20,000 nt of DNA from the IMG/VR virus record IMGVR_UViG_3300033821_000010; one strand, 5' to 3'. The DNA is from an uncultured virus (IMG/VR IMGVR_UViG_3300033821_000010) (lineage: Duplodnaviria; Heunggongvirae; Uroviricota; Caudoviricetes). The notes beneath the pieces are model-generated. The model was not told the DNA's origin and did not search any database. It was given only the letters and a program-made list of their open reading frames with translations. Position numbers and translations under genes: made by a program. Positions 1 through 6,673 of the stretch are shown here, in pieces (the first letter of the stretch is position 1; the number at the start of each line of letters is the position of its first letter).

Positions 1-7
1 AACATTG

Positions 8-33
8 TATCGTCAAAAGAGCAAATGTTTTTA
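8..33 (-). promoter_or_regulatory. sigma28-like promoter motif TAAA-N15-GACGATA
   Basis: Minus strand CTAAAAACATTTGCTCTTTTGACGATAC in the gap downstream of ORF 42..386; the same motif recurs at 1701, 5258 and 5811. Confidence 0.5.
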
Positions 34-41
34 GCGGAAAA

Positions 42-386
42 TTATTTCTTAAAAACTCCTTCGTGCTTCTCTTTGGCCAGCTTGCGCTTTTCTTCTTTTG
101 TTAAGAATTGAGTAGGATTCAATGGTTCAAAATTATATCTAACCGTTCCTTCATCCTTCCAAAGAATATCCAAATGAAAATACTCACGCAATTTTTTTCC
201 TTCATCAAGTATGATTTCTTGTTTCACGCCTGTTACTTCGGTCCACTTGGCAAAACTCAAGCGGGCACAATTAATGCTTATCTCAGTAATAACACCATGT
301 AATCCATAATAGGCCAAGTTGTCGTCTGGTTCTGGAATTTTTGCAATACAGACTTTATCTCCCACTTTCAGAGTGTTTTTCTTCAT
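42..386 (-). CDS. hypothetical protein with N-terminal KOW/SH3-like motif
   Basis: 114-aa ORF with SD AGAGGA upstream; LKVGDKVCI...G.I.EI resembles a KOW-type strand pattern. Confidence 0.75.
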   Translation of the reverse strand: MKKNTLKVGDKVCIAKIPEPDDNLAYYGLHGVITEISINCARLSFAKWTEVTGVKQEIILDEGKKLREYFHLDILWKDEGTVRYNFEPLNPTQFLTKEEKRKLAKEKHEGVFKK

Positions 387-415
387 TCTATCCTCTTATG
401 TTGAGATGATTTTGA

Positions 416-952
416 CTACCCGTTGTACTCGTAATCCACAAAATTCGTTACTTCTCTGTACTTAACTTCAGCGCCCTGTTCCACATAATAGGCTCTGTTT
501 TTGAACTTGTTTAAGCAGTCATCGCAAACGACAATGTGCAAAGTCTTTTTGCCTGTCATTGGGTCAAAAACAGTGCTGCCATAATTACCACTGCTGCGGA
601 AATAAGTGCCGTTAGATGGTGGCAAAAGAGGAATTTCATGCGGGTCAAAGGCGCACGATTCATCACAAGACGGTTTCATAGCCTTGCCACAAACGAAACA
701 CACCCGTTCATATTTCGTAGGAAGTCCAGAATCAACAATCAGTTTATCCACACCCAATTCAACAAAGAGTTTTTCGATGAACTCGGCTTGCTCTTTCGTG
801 CCAGTATTTTGCCGTACTTCTAATGTCGTTTCAAACTCTTTTTCTGTCAACAATCGTGGCAGTTTGAATTGCTCACGGAAATAGGCAATCCATCTTGCGT
901 CTGAGGATTGCTTCTCTGTTGCCATATAACGTTCTTCTGTTGCATCGCTCAT
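416..952 (-). CDS. hypothetical phage protein with putative Zn-binding CxxC...CxxC domain
   Basis: Preferred start MSDATEER at 952 (SD GGAG at 960-963, just after the stop of 972..1217); CFVCGK...GNYGSTVFDPM...VCDDCL. The ORF track extends it to 1117. Confidence 0.75.
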   Translation of the reverse strand: MSDATEERYMATEKQSSDARWIAYFREQFKLPRLLTEKEFETTLEVRQNTGTKEQAEFIEKLFVELGVDKLIVDSGLPTKYERVCFVCGKAMKPSCDESCAFDPHEIPLLPPSNGTYFRSSGNYGSTVFDPMTGKKTLHIVVCDDCLNKFKNRAYYVEQGAEVKYREVTNFVDYEYNG

Positions 953-971
953 GACTATTCTCCATGCTTCT

Positions 972-1217
972 TTAATACAGCGCCAGCAGCTTTTGTTTGG
1001 TAATGTCCCGAATGTATGGTTTTTCATCCTTACATTCCTCAAAAAACCACTCTGGACCTTGTTGTTGAATGAAGTGCAATGCTTCTTTTTGAGCAGTTTT
1101 TTCAGTGCTTTTGTCATTCAAAAGCAATATAACAGTCCTATCGAATTTGGGAGGGTGCTGTGACGAAAGAAAGTTTTTTCTGCACCGGCCTTCGTATTTA
1201 ACTTTCCAAATTTTCAT
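972..1217 (-). CDS. hypothetical protein (81 aa)
   Basis: Start MKIWKVKYEG with AAGGGG upstream and TATAAT at 1249-1254; tiles cleanly before the 952 start. Confidence 0.6.
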   Translation of the reverse strand: MKIWKVKYEGRCRKNFLSSQHPPKFDRTVILLLNDKSTEKTAQKEALHFIQQQGPEWFFEECKDEKPYIRDITKQKLLALY

Positions 1218-1248
1218 ATGTCCAAAACCCCTTGGCTTCTCACACCAC

Positions 1249-1277
1249 ATTATACAGCCAAAGGGTTGGATTTCAGA
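1249..1277 (-). promoter_or_regulatory. possible sigma70-type promoter
   Basis: Perfect -10 TATAAT (1249-1254) with weak -35 CTGAAA 16 nt upstream; intergenic. Confidence 0.35.
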
Positions 1278-1282
1278 AAAAA

Positions 1283-1672
1283 TTATTCGATTACAGAACC
1301 CAAAGTCAGATGCAGCGGATAGAACGGGTCTGGCAATCCATAACGCTTCCGTATTGCCAAAAGGTCATGCGAAAAGACCGTAAACCAAAAATGATTTCCA
1401 TTCGTTTGGATTTCAGGGTTATAATCAAAACGTACCCGCAAACCTTCATCACCCTTCCACAGTTCCTTGTTTTGGACAGACTCATTACGGATAACGCTTA
1501 TGTGAGTACCCCACGCTGGCCGATGAATCTTCGTACCGTTCCGCTTGTAGAGCATGTGGGCATAGTAGTAGGAAATGCCGTCATCGCACTTTACGACAAG
1601 CCAATAAGGCTCTTTGACCTTTTGGCCGTCCATTGTAGGGCCATAAACCAGTTTGCCGTAAGATGTAAACAC
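1283..1672 (-). CDS. 2H phosphoesterase superfamily protein
   Basis: Two H-x-[S/T]-hydrophobic motifs (THISVI and LHLTLG) about 63 aa apart in a 129-aa ORF; GTG start with SD GAGGA. Confidence 0.75.
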   Translation of the reverse strand: MFTSYGKLVYGPTMDGQKVKEPYWLVVKCDDGISYYYAHMLYKRNGTKIHRPAWGTHISVIRNESVQNKELWKGDEGLRVRFDYNPEIQTNGNHFWFTVFSHDLLAIRKRYGLPDPFYPLHLTLGSVIE

Positions 1673-1700
1673 AGACTATCCTCAGTTTTCCCTCTTTATA

Positions 1701-1727
1701 TATCGTCAAAGCTGAGGAATTTTATTA
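1701..1727 (-). promoter_or_regulatory. sigma28-like promoter motif TAAT-N16-GACGATA
   Basis: TAATAAAATTCCTCAGCTTTGACGATA; intergenic, 28 nt upstream of the 1672 start. Confidence 0.5.
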
Positions 1728-1752
1728 CCAAATCTTCTAAATGCTTACAAGT

Positions 1753-2037
1753 TCACTTGTTAGAACGTTTTTTAACAGGCTTTTTGTAGATGGTATGCTC
1801 CAAAATGTAAGGACAAGCATCGGGTGGTGGGCCATCTTCATCGAATGGGCGTTCTAAATCACAGTATTGAAATTGCCAGTCTTTGGTTTTGATGCCTTCA
1901 AAAAGCTCACTCCAATCTTTTTTACCTATTTCGCTCATAAAGACATCACCACCAAGCCTATATGAATAGGTGGTAATGTCTTTCTCTTTTTTCTGCCGTT
2001 CTCTCCAACACTTCTTACAAATTTTCATGTTTTTCAT
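1753..2037 (-). CDS. small Cys-rich protein, CxxC...C...PxxCxYxLE[H/Q] family (paralogue 1)
   Basis: ICKKC...YCDL...PPDACPYILEH; the motif is shared with 2902..3162 and 5276..5557. Confidence 0.75.
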   Translation of the reverse strand: MKNMKICKKCWRERQKKEKDITTYSYRLGGDVFMSEIGKKDWSELFEGIKTKDWQFQYCDLERPFDEDGPPPDACPYILEHTIYKKPVKKRSNK

Positions 2038-2043
2038 GGCAAT

Positions 2044-2376
2044 TTATTTTCCAATAACGTCTCTTGCAATACCCCATATCCATTGCAAACCAGTAGAAAT
2101 TTGACCGCGAATAGTTGTTTCTCTTATTTCGCCCCTATTATAAGTCGTGCCGCGAATATTGGCTGGTGGAATTTCTTCACCAATAGTAGCATAAGCTGGC
2201 GGGGTTTCAGGTTCCGGTGGTTGTGGCTCACGTATATCAAGAGGATTTGACGAAAAAAGTGATGCTAAAAATGATACTTTTTTAACGGACGCAGTAGTAG
2301 GAATTGGTGCCTGTGCTTCGGCAGTATATGCGTTACAAGCCACAATCAACGTTAATACAAAAAACAGTTTATTCAT
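2044..2376 (-). CDS. putative exported or lipoprotein-like protein
   Basis: Start MNKLFFVLTLIVAC after SD GGAGG; hydrophobic signal-like N-terminus with a possible lipobox (IVAC) or AxA site (AEA); Pro-rich middle. Confidence 0.65.
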   Translation of the reverse strand: MNKLFFVLTLIVACNAYTAEAQAPIPTTASVKKVSFLASLFSSNPLDIREPQPPEPETPPAYATIGEEIPPANIRGTTYNRGEIRETTIRGQISTGLQWIWGIARDVIGK

Positions 2377-2422
2377 CACTCCCTCCAAGTTGAAGTTTAG
2401 TTGCAAAATGTAAAGGCCGCTT

Positions 2423-2698
2423 TTATTCTAGACCGGCATCTACCGTCTTTGCTTTTTTCGACGCTCTTTTGGACTGCTTTTTGATTGGTTTGTTTTCTGA
2501 TTCGTTCATGTTTACTGGTGTTCTTTCAGAATCAAAACGGGGGGCAATGATTATGACTTCTTGTGAAGAAGAGCCTTTAATCTCTTTTTCAGCAGCCATC
2601 CAAAATTCTTGGTCACGTCCATGTTGGCTACCATTGCTCTGCCAAAGTTCATAGGCACGTTTTTCGATTGCCTGTTGTGTCTCTTGCTCGCTTGCCAT
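2423..2698 (-). CDS. DUF2934-domain protein
   Basis: IEKRAYELWQSNG...GRDQEFWMAAEKEI matches the DUF2934 pattern I..RAY.LW...G...G.D...W..AE.E; Lys-rich tail; SD AAGGAG. Confidence 0.8.
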   Translation of the reverse strand: MASEQETQQAIEKRAYELWQSNGSQHGRDQEFWMAAEKEIKGSSSQEVIIIAPRFDSERTPVNMNESENKPIKKQSKRASKKAKTVDAGLE

Positions 2699-2817
2699 TG
2701 TCGTGCTCCTTTATTTTTACTCCATTTAACTATAATCGTCTTTCCCATTGAAAGGCGTTTACTTTTGACAGTGTATACCAATCAAGCTGTCATTTCCTTA
2801 AAAATCTGAAAAACATT

Positions 2818-2896
2818 TGGCATCTCCGGTTGGATTTGAACCAACGACCTCCGAATTAGAAGTTCGGTACTCTTATCCAGGCTGAGTTACGGAGAC
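2818..2896 (-). tRNA. trnR: tRNA-Arg (anticodon UCU) with encoded CCA
   Basis: Full cloverleaf GTCTCCG-TA-ACTC(AGCCTGGATAA)GAGT-A-CCGAA(CTTCTAA)TTCGG-AGGTC-GTTGG(TTCAAAT)CCAAC-CGGAGAT-G-CCA; A20 Arg identity element present. Confidence 0.95.
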
Positions 2897-2901
2897 ACAT
2901 T

Positions 2902-3162
2902 TCACTTCTCCTGATTTACAACTTGCTCCAATCTGTATTCACAATCTGACGGAATTACAAAATCATCATTGAAATCCAAAATCACTTTATTCCCGTCTTC
3001 AAATCGCATAGTAGCCATCAACACATGTCTATAATGTTTATTCCAATCTCCGCTACATGTCAACTCTTGTTTTGAACTTTTTACTTCATTTGTCAGAATA
3101 TCATGGTCACCCATAATTTCAAATTTGTAACATCGTGAACACGCCTTTAAATTCGCTTTCAT
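2902..3162 (-). CDS. small Cys-rich protein, CxxC...C...PxxCxYxLE[H/Q] family (paralogue 2)
   Basis: ACSRC...LTCSG...IPSDCEYRLEQ; start 3162 aligns with the paralogues (alternative start 3180). Confidence 0.75.
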   Translation of the reverse strand: MKANLKACSRCYKFEIMGDHDILTNEVKSSKQELTCSGDWNKHYRHVLMATMRFEDGNKVILDFNDDFVIPSDCEYRLEQVVNQEK

Positions 3163-3180
3163 GCAACCATTATACACCAT

Positions 3181-4249
3181 TTACTCCAAACTTTGTAGCT
3201 CTGGAATCGGACGGGCATAGTATTGCAAACCTTTCATGTAGCCCAAGTAGCTGCACATCGCCAAAGAACCATGCCCTCTCAAGTTTACTACCACATTTTC
3301 CATATCACCTTCAGGAAATAACTCTAAAATTTCATCAAACTCTTCCACAGCACCACAAGGAATAGCGATTGAAGTCATGGGTGCATTCTTGATGTAAACG
3401 TGTGAGTGCATCCCCCACCGCAAACGATTATAGTAACTATACAGCCGTACCTGTATCGGAGCGTCAACAGAAGGCTTTTTGTCGCCATAGTAGTTCACCA
3501 CATTGTCAAGAATCGGTTCTACAGCTACAAAGCCTTCCTTATCAATGAACCGCTTATCAATATCTCTTTGCGAAACGTAAATCACATCCCTAGTCCTGAA
3601 AGATGGGAAACCATGCTCGCATCTAAAAGACAAATTTCCCAAAAAGCGACTAGGATTGGAACCATGAATGAGACTATGAAATGTATCAGCTACCTTTTTG
3701 GCATAATCAAAAAACTCTTTTTCATCGGGAATAGGAACACTGTCTTCCATTTGTTCACTTCCAACCCGTGTAAATACTTTAAGTTGGTTAAGTCTGCCTT
3801 TCAGAATTTTCGCAATTTCAACAAAATCTTCGGATTCTCCCCATAAGTTTCCAAGCGGGTCAAGTATCCTACCCTTATACCGCTCACCGTTTTTTGGTTA
3901 TCTCGACAAACAGATTGCTCTTGACTTGCAGAGCGCGGGCAATCAATTCTTGCAGTGGATATTGGTTATCCAAATTGCGCTTAGACGTAACCAAAAGGCA
4001 CTTGGGATGAACGGCTTTTATTTGCCGGATGATTTTTTGCTTGTTGTTAGGAACATCGGCAAACCAGATAATCAAGCCATATTTTTCAAACTCCTCAACA
4101 TTTTCAAGCATTTCCTCTAAAACAGAAAAACAACCACCATTCAAAAAAGTGGTGTTCTTGTCAACTAGAACGGTTGACATAGTTTGGACGATTTTGGAAG
4201 GTTTGCCGACACCATCATCCCATGTACCGCCAACAAACAAGGTCTTCAT
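3181..4249 (-). pseudogene. class II aldolase/adducin-fold protein split by a 1-nt frameshift (or assembly error)
   Basis: ORFs 3884..4249 and 3181..3750 join into one ~355-aa frame if one A is removed from the A6 run at 3890-3895 (...ITKNGERYKGRILDPLGNLWGE...SEQMEDS...). The C-terminal half has KPSVD, MHSH and NLRGHG motifs of class II aldolases. Confidence 0.7.
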
Positions 4250-4260
4250 CAGAACCTCTC

Positions 4261-4905
4261 TTAGTGTGTCGTAAAAAGACGTTGGGCTTTATATTTAGTC
4301 TTTATGGCCTTCAAATCAAAGTCGTAACAATTTTTTGCATCAAGAGCCATATCACGCGGGTCATCTTCAATTTTAAGCACTTCAGGCCCACCAGCATCAA
4401 TGATACTCCAACCGTCATACCATTTGATAGTGGCGTCTTTTTCAATTTCAATTTCGTAATAAACAAAACCATTCTCATCAGAAATCATGAGTATTTTAGT
4501 GCCAGCCTTGACCTTTTCCTTTTCAGGAGCCGAATCTTCACGCTCTTTTACTAGCATTTTGTAATCAGCTTGCGGAATGAAATTAACATGCTCAAACGAG
4601 TCTTCTAGAAATTCGCCAACCTTTCTCAAGATAATTCCGTTTGGCTCAGCAACAGAACTTGGCTTTTCTTCGGCGGATGATTGTGTGGCTCCCTTTTTTT
4701 CAAACTTCACTTCTGTAATAGAACCACTCCATTCTTTGACTGTGATGCGAAGTTCAGGGCATTCTTTCGCTTCAAAAACGCGAACGTAGCCATCCTTAGC
4801 ATTGCCGGTTTTTGAGATACGCTTCCATTTTGGGTTGAAAAGAACCTTCAACTCCGGTTTCATTTCATCAATTTCTTTGATACAGCTTTCCGTAGTAATC
4901 TTCAT
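4261..4905 (-). CDS. hypothetical protein
   Basis: 214-aa ORF, ATGA overlap with the upstream gene, SD AAGGAG. Confidence 0.75.
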   Translation of the reverse strand: MKITTESCIKEIDEMKPELKVLFNPKWKRISKTGNAKDGYVRVFEAKECPELRITVKEWSGSITEVKFEKKGATQSSAEEKPSSVAEPNGIILRKVGEFLEDSFEHVNFIPQADYKMLVKEREDSAPEKEKVKAGTKILMISDENGFVYYEIEIEKDATIKWYDGWSIIDAGGPEVLKIEDDPRDMALDAKNCYDFDLKAIKTKYKAQRLFTTH

Positions 4906-5225
4906 GCTTCCGCTCCTTCTTTGAAAAAATCAGGGTCATACTTCAATATCTTTTCCTTGAACGTTGGGCTTCGCTCAGAAAGGATGTTACTGAGAACAAG
5001 AATAGCTTTTCGGCATAGTTCTTCTCTTTGTTTAATTTTAACGGTAGGACTTAATGCCGCTACTGCAATAGCAAGAATCTCAGTATGTTGTTCTTCTGTG
5101 ATTTGCAGAAGATGAAGATTGTCGCTCAGTTTTTCTATAAAATCAAGCTTACGAGCACGTTTGATACAGCGGCTCAACAATGTGAATTGAAGTAACACTA
5201 TATACCAATCAACTATCGGCTGCAT
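4902..5225 (-). CDS. hypothetical protein
   Basis: Helical-looking ORF; start 5225 (SD AAGGA, downstream of the promoter motif) or 5279 (ATGA overlap). Confidence 0.7.
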   Translation of the reverse strand: MQPIVDWYIVLLQFTLLSRCIKRARKLDFIEKLSDNLHLLQITEEQHTEILAIAVAALSPTVKIKQREELCRKAILVLSNILSERSPTFKEKILKYDPDFFKEGAEA

Positions 5226-5257
5226 TTTGTCCTTTCTCAAGACTGCGCCATTATATG

Positions 5258-5283
5258 TATCGTCAAAAATGGGATTCATTTTA
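5258..5283 (-). promoter_or_regulatory. sigma28-like promoter motif TAAA-N15-GACGATA
   Basis: TAAAATGAATCCCATTTTTGACGATA, 32 nt upstream of ATG 5225. Confidence 0.45.
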
Positions 5284-5557
5284 AAGGAAAACGTTCATCT
5301 TTACATAAGCCGAAATCACTGAGCGTATCCACCCACCACTCTTTCAGCCACATTTTCCAAGAGCGTTGATTATACATCAAATGCTCCAACGAATAAACAC
5401 AACCTTCTGGCGGCTCTTTATCTTGAATGGAAACGCTGACACTGGTAATTGGACAGCGCCAAGCATTAGGACCAAAATCGTGCCGCAAGATTGGTTCGCC
5501 TAACTCTTTATCAAGAACCACTTTACGACATAAATTGCAGATTCGATGGTCTATCAT
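5276..5557 (-). CDS. small Cys-rich protein, CxxC...C...PxxCxYxLE[H/Q] family (paralogue 3)
   Basis: ICNLC...WRCP...PPEGCVYSLEH; ATG 5557 overlaps the upstream TGA (ATGA). Confidence 0.75.
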   Translation of the reverse strand: MIDHRICNLCRKVVLDKELGEPILRHDFGPNAWRCPITSVSVSIQDKEPPEGCVYSLEHLMYNQRSWKMWLKEWWVDTLSDFGLCKDERFPLK

Positions 5558-5784
5558 GTTTTTGTGCGAATCTTCAACGCAGTCCACCCCATATTGCCAG
5601 CCTTTCGGCCTTGCGGATACCAGAACAAATCCGTCCTGCTTTTGGTTTGCTCTTTCTTCGGCACCTTGTGAACCTTGAAAAACTCTTTGAGAGCTTCTTT
5701 TGGACTCTCTGCTTCAACTGTTTCTTTATTACCAGTCAATTCACAGTTGGGCAGCTTAAATTCGACAACATCATAACGGGACAT
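5554..5784 (-). CDS. hypothetical protein
   Basis: Start MSRYDVVEF at 5784 with SD GAGGG (alternative 5829); TVEAESPKEALKEF is a typical small phage beta-alpha motif. Confidence 0.65.
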   Translation of the reverse strand: MSRYDVVEFKLPNCELTGNKETVEAESPKEALKEFFKVHKVPKKEQTKSRTDLFWYPQGRKAGNMGWTALKIRTKT

Positions 5785-5810
5785 TGCTTTGCCCTCTTGG
5801 CCTGAGAGTA

Positions 5811-5837
5811 TATCGTCAAGAGTCTTCATTATTATTA
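5811..5837 (-). promoter_or_regulatory. sigma28-like promoter motif TAAT-N16-GACGATA
   Basis: TAATAATAATGAAGACTCTTGACGATA, 26 nt upstream of ATG 5784. Confidence 0.45.
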
Positions 5838-6236
5838 TCCGTTTGAAGTATATGTCGTAATGCTTTCGCATTTCACGGCTTGTCCAAAGACATTCTTCAT
5901 GTCCTTCTTGACACCATCCCTGAAAGCCTTGCCTGTCTCTTTATCCTTGATGGACTCGTAATCCCGGCCAACGTATGTAGTACCTTCTTCGTTTTCATAA
6001 CAAGCGAGTTTAGCTTTCTGTTTTTTGATAGTGACATCTAACAGATTTTGTACTGCTTCTCTTTCTTCCCACCTGTCATTGCAGTCTTCGCCGTTATCTG
6101 TTTCATCGCTCTGGTCTTTTTTCTCTTTTGGAGTGTAATTCAACATCGTCTTCAAATCGTCATATTCAATACGCGCCCCAAAAATGCTGAAACTGGTTGT
6201 ACTGCTATTGCTCACAAAACCATGCCGTACTTTCAT
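5835..6236 (-). CDS. FVSNSS-motif phage protein of unknown function
   Basis: N-terminus MKVRHGFVSNSSTTSF, a motif recurrent in large-phage hypothetical proteins; strong SD AGGAGG. Confidence 0.85.
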   Translation of the reverse strand: MKVRHGFVSNSSTTSFSIFGARIEYDDLKTMLNYTPKEKKDQSDETDNGEDCNDRWEEREAVQNLLDVTIKKQKAKLACYENEEGTTYVGRDYESIKDKETGKAFRDGVKKDMKNVFGQAVKCESITTYTSNG

Positions 6237-6284
6237 AATTCCTCCTTTTTGTTTCAGCCAATTACCACGTCGCTTCCAACAGCC

Positions 6285-6313
6285 ATTATAGTCTCGCGGC
6301 TTTGTCTTTTCAA
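6285..6313 (-). promoter_or_regulatory. sigma70/sigmaA-type promoter
   Basis: TTGAAA (6308-6313)-17 nt-TATAAT (6285-6290); intergenic, upstream of SD AGGAGG and ATG 6236. Confidence 0.75.
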
Positions 6314-6342
6314 CTGTTTTTTGATTTATCTAACTATTTGGA

Positions 6343-6480
6343 CTACACGGTTTTGTGAGAATGTTTCGGTTTGTATTTCTTTCTATTGAATATGACAAGA
6401 GCGCCGTTTGGTGGTGTATTTTCGTCAACAACTATCCACATGGTTGGACTGAGCACTAAAAGTTTAGACACCTTTTTCAT
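6343..6480 (-). CDS. possible small protein (45 aa)
   Basis: MKKVSKLLVLSPTMWIVVDENTPPNGALVIFNRKKYKPKHSHKTV fills the gap and overlaps the upstream ORF end; below the ORF-track cutoff. Confidence 0.3.
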   Translation of the reverse strand: MKKVSKLLVLSPTMWIVVDENTPPNGALVIFNRKKYKPKHSHKTV

Positions 6481-6673
6481 TGCAGCGTTTTCTGTTTTTA
6501 ATGACCAAAACACCTTCTTCATCCTCTACCAATTTGAATCTTCTGTTTTTGATGTCGTTTATACTGACAGAAGGACAACTCGCTATTTCAAACATCGGCA
6601 CCAGAACCTCTTGGAACTTAGGTTCATTCAATACCGATTTTTTACTCAGCTTTACACCTTTAGGAAGTCGCAT
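6464..6673 (-). CDS. hypothetical protein (69 aa)
   Basis: Same strand as its neighbours; start overlaps the end of 6660..7739. Confidence 0.5.
   Translation of the reverse strand: MRLPKGVKLSKKSVLNEPKFQEVLVPMFEIASCPSVSINDIKNRRFKLVEDEEGVLVIKNRKRCNEKGV

Noticed and set aside
953..1117. N-terminal extension of the 233-aa ORF (start 1117) and a leaderless promoter at 1126-1134
   Set aside because: It would overlap ORF 972..1217 by 146 nt; SD-supported starts at 1217 and 952 tile without overlap
2818..2896. tRNA as a prophage attachment site
   Set aside because: There is no integrase or duplicated tRNA 3' end in the window, and phage-like genes continue on both sides
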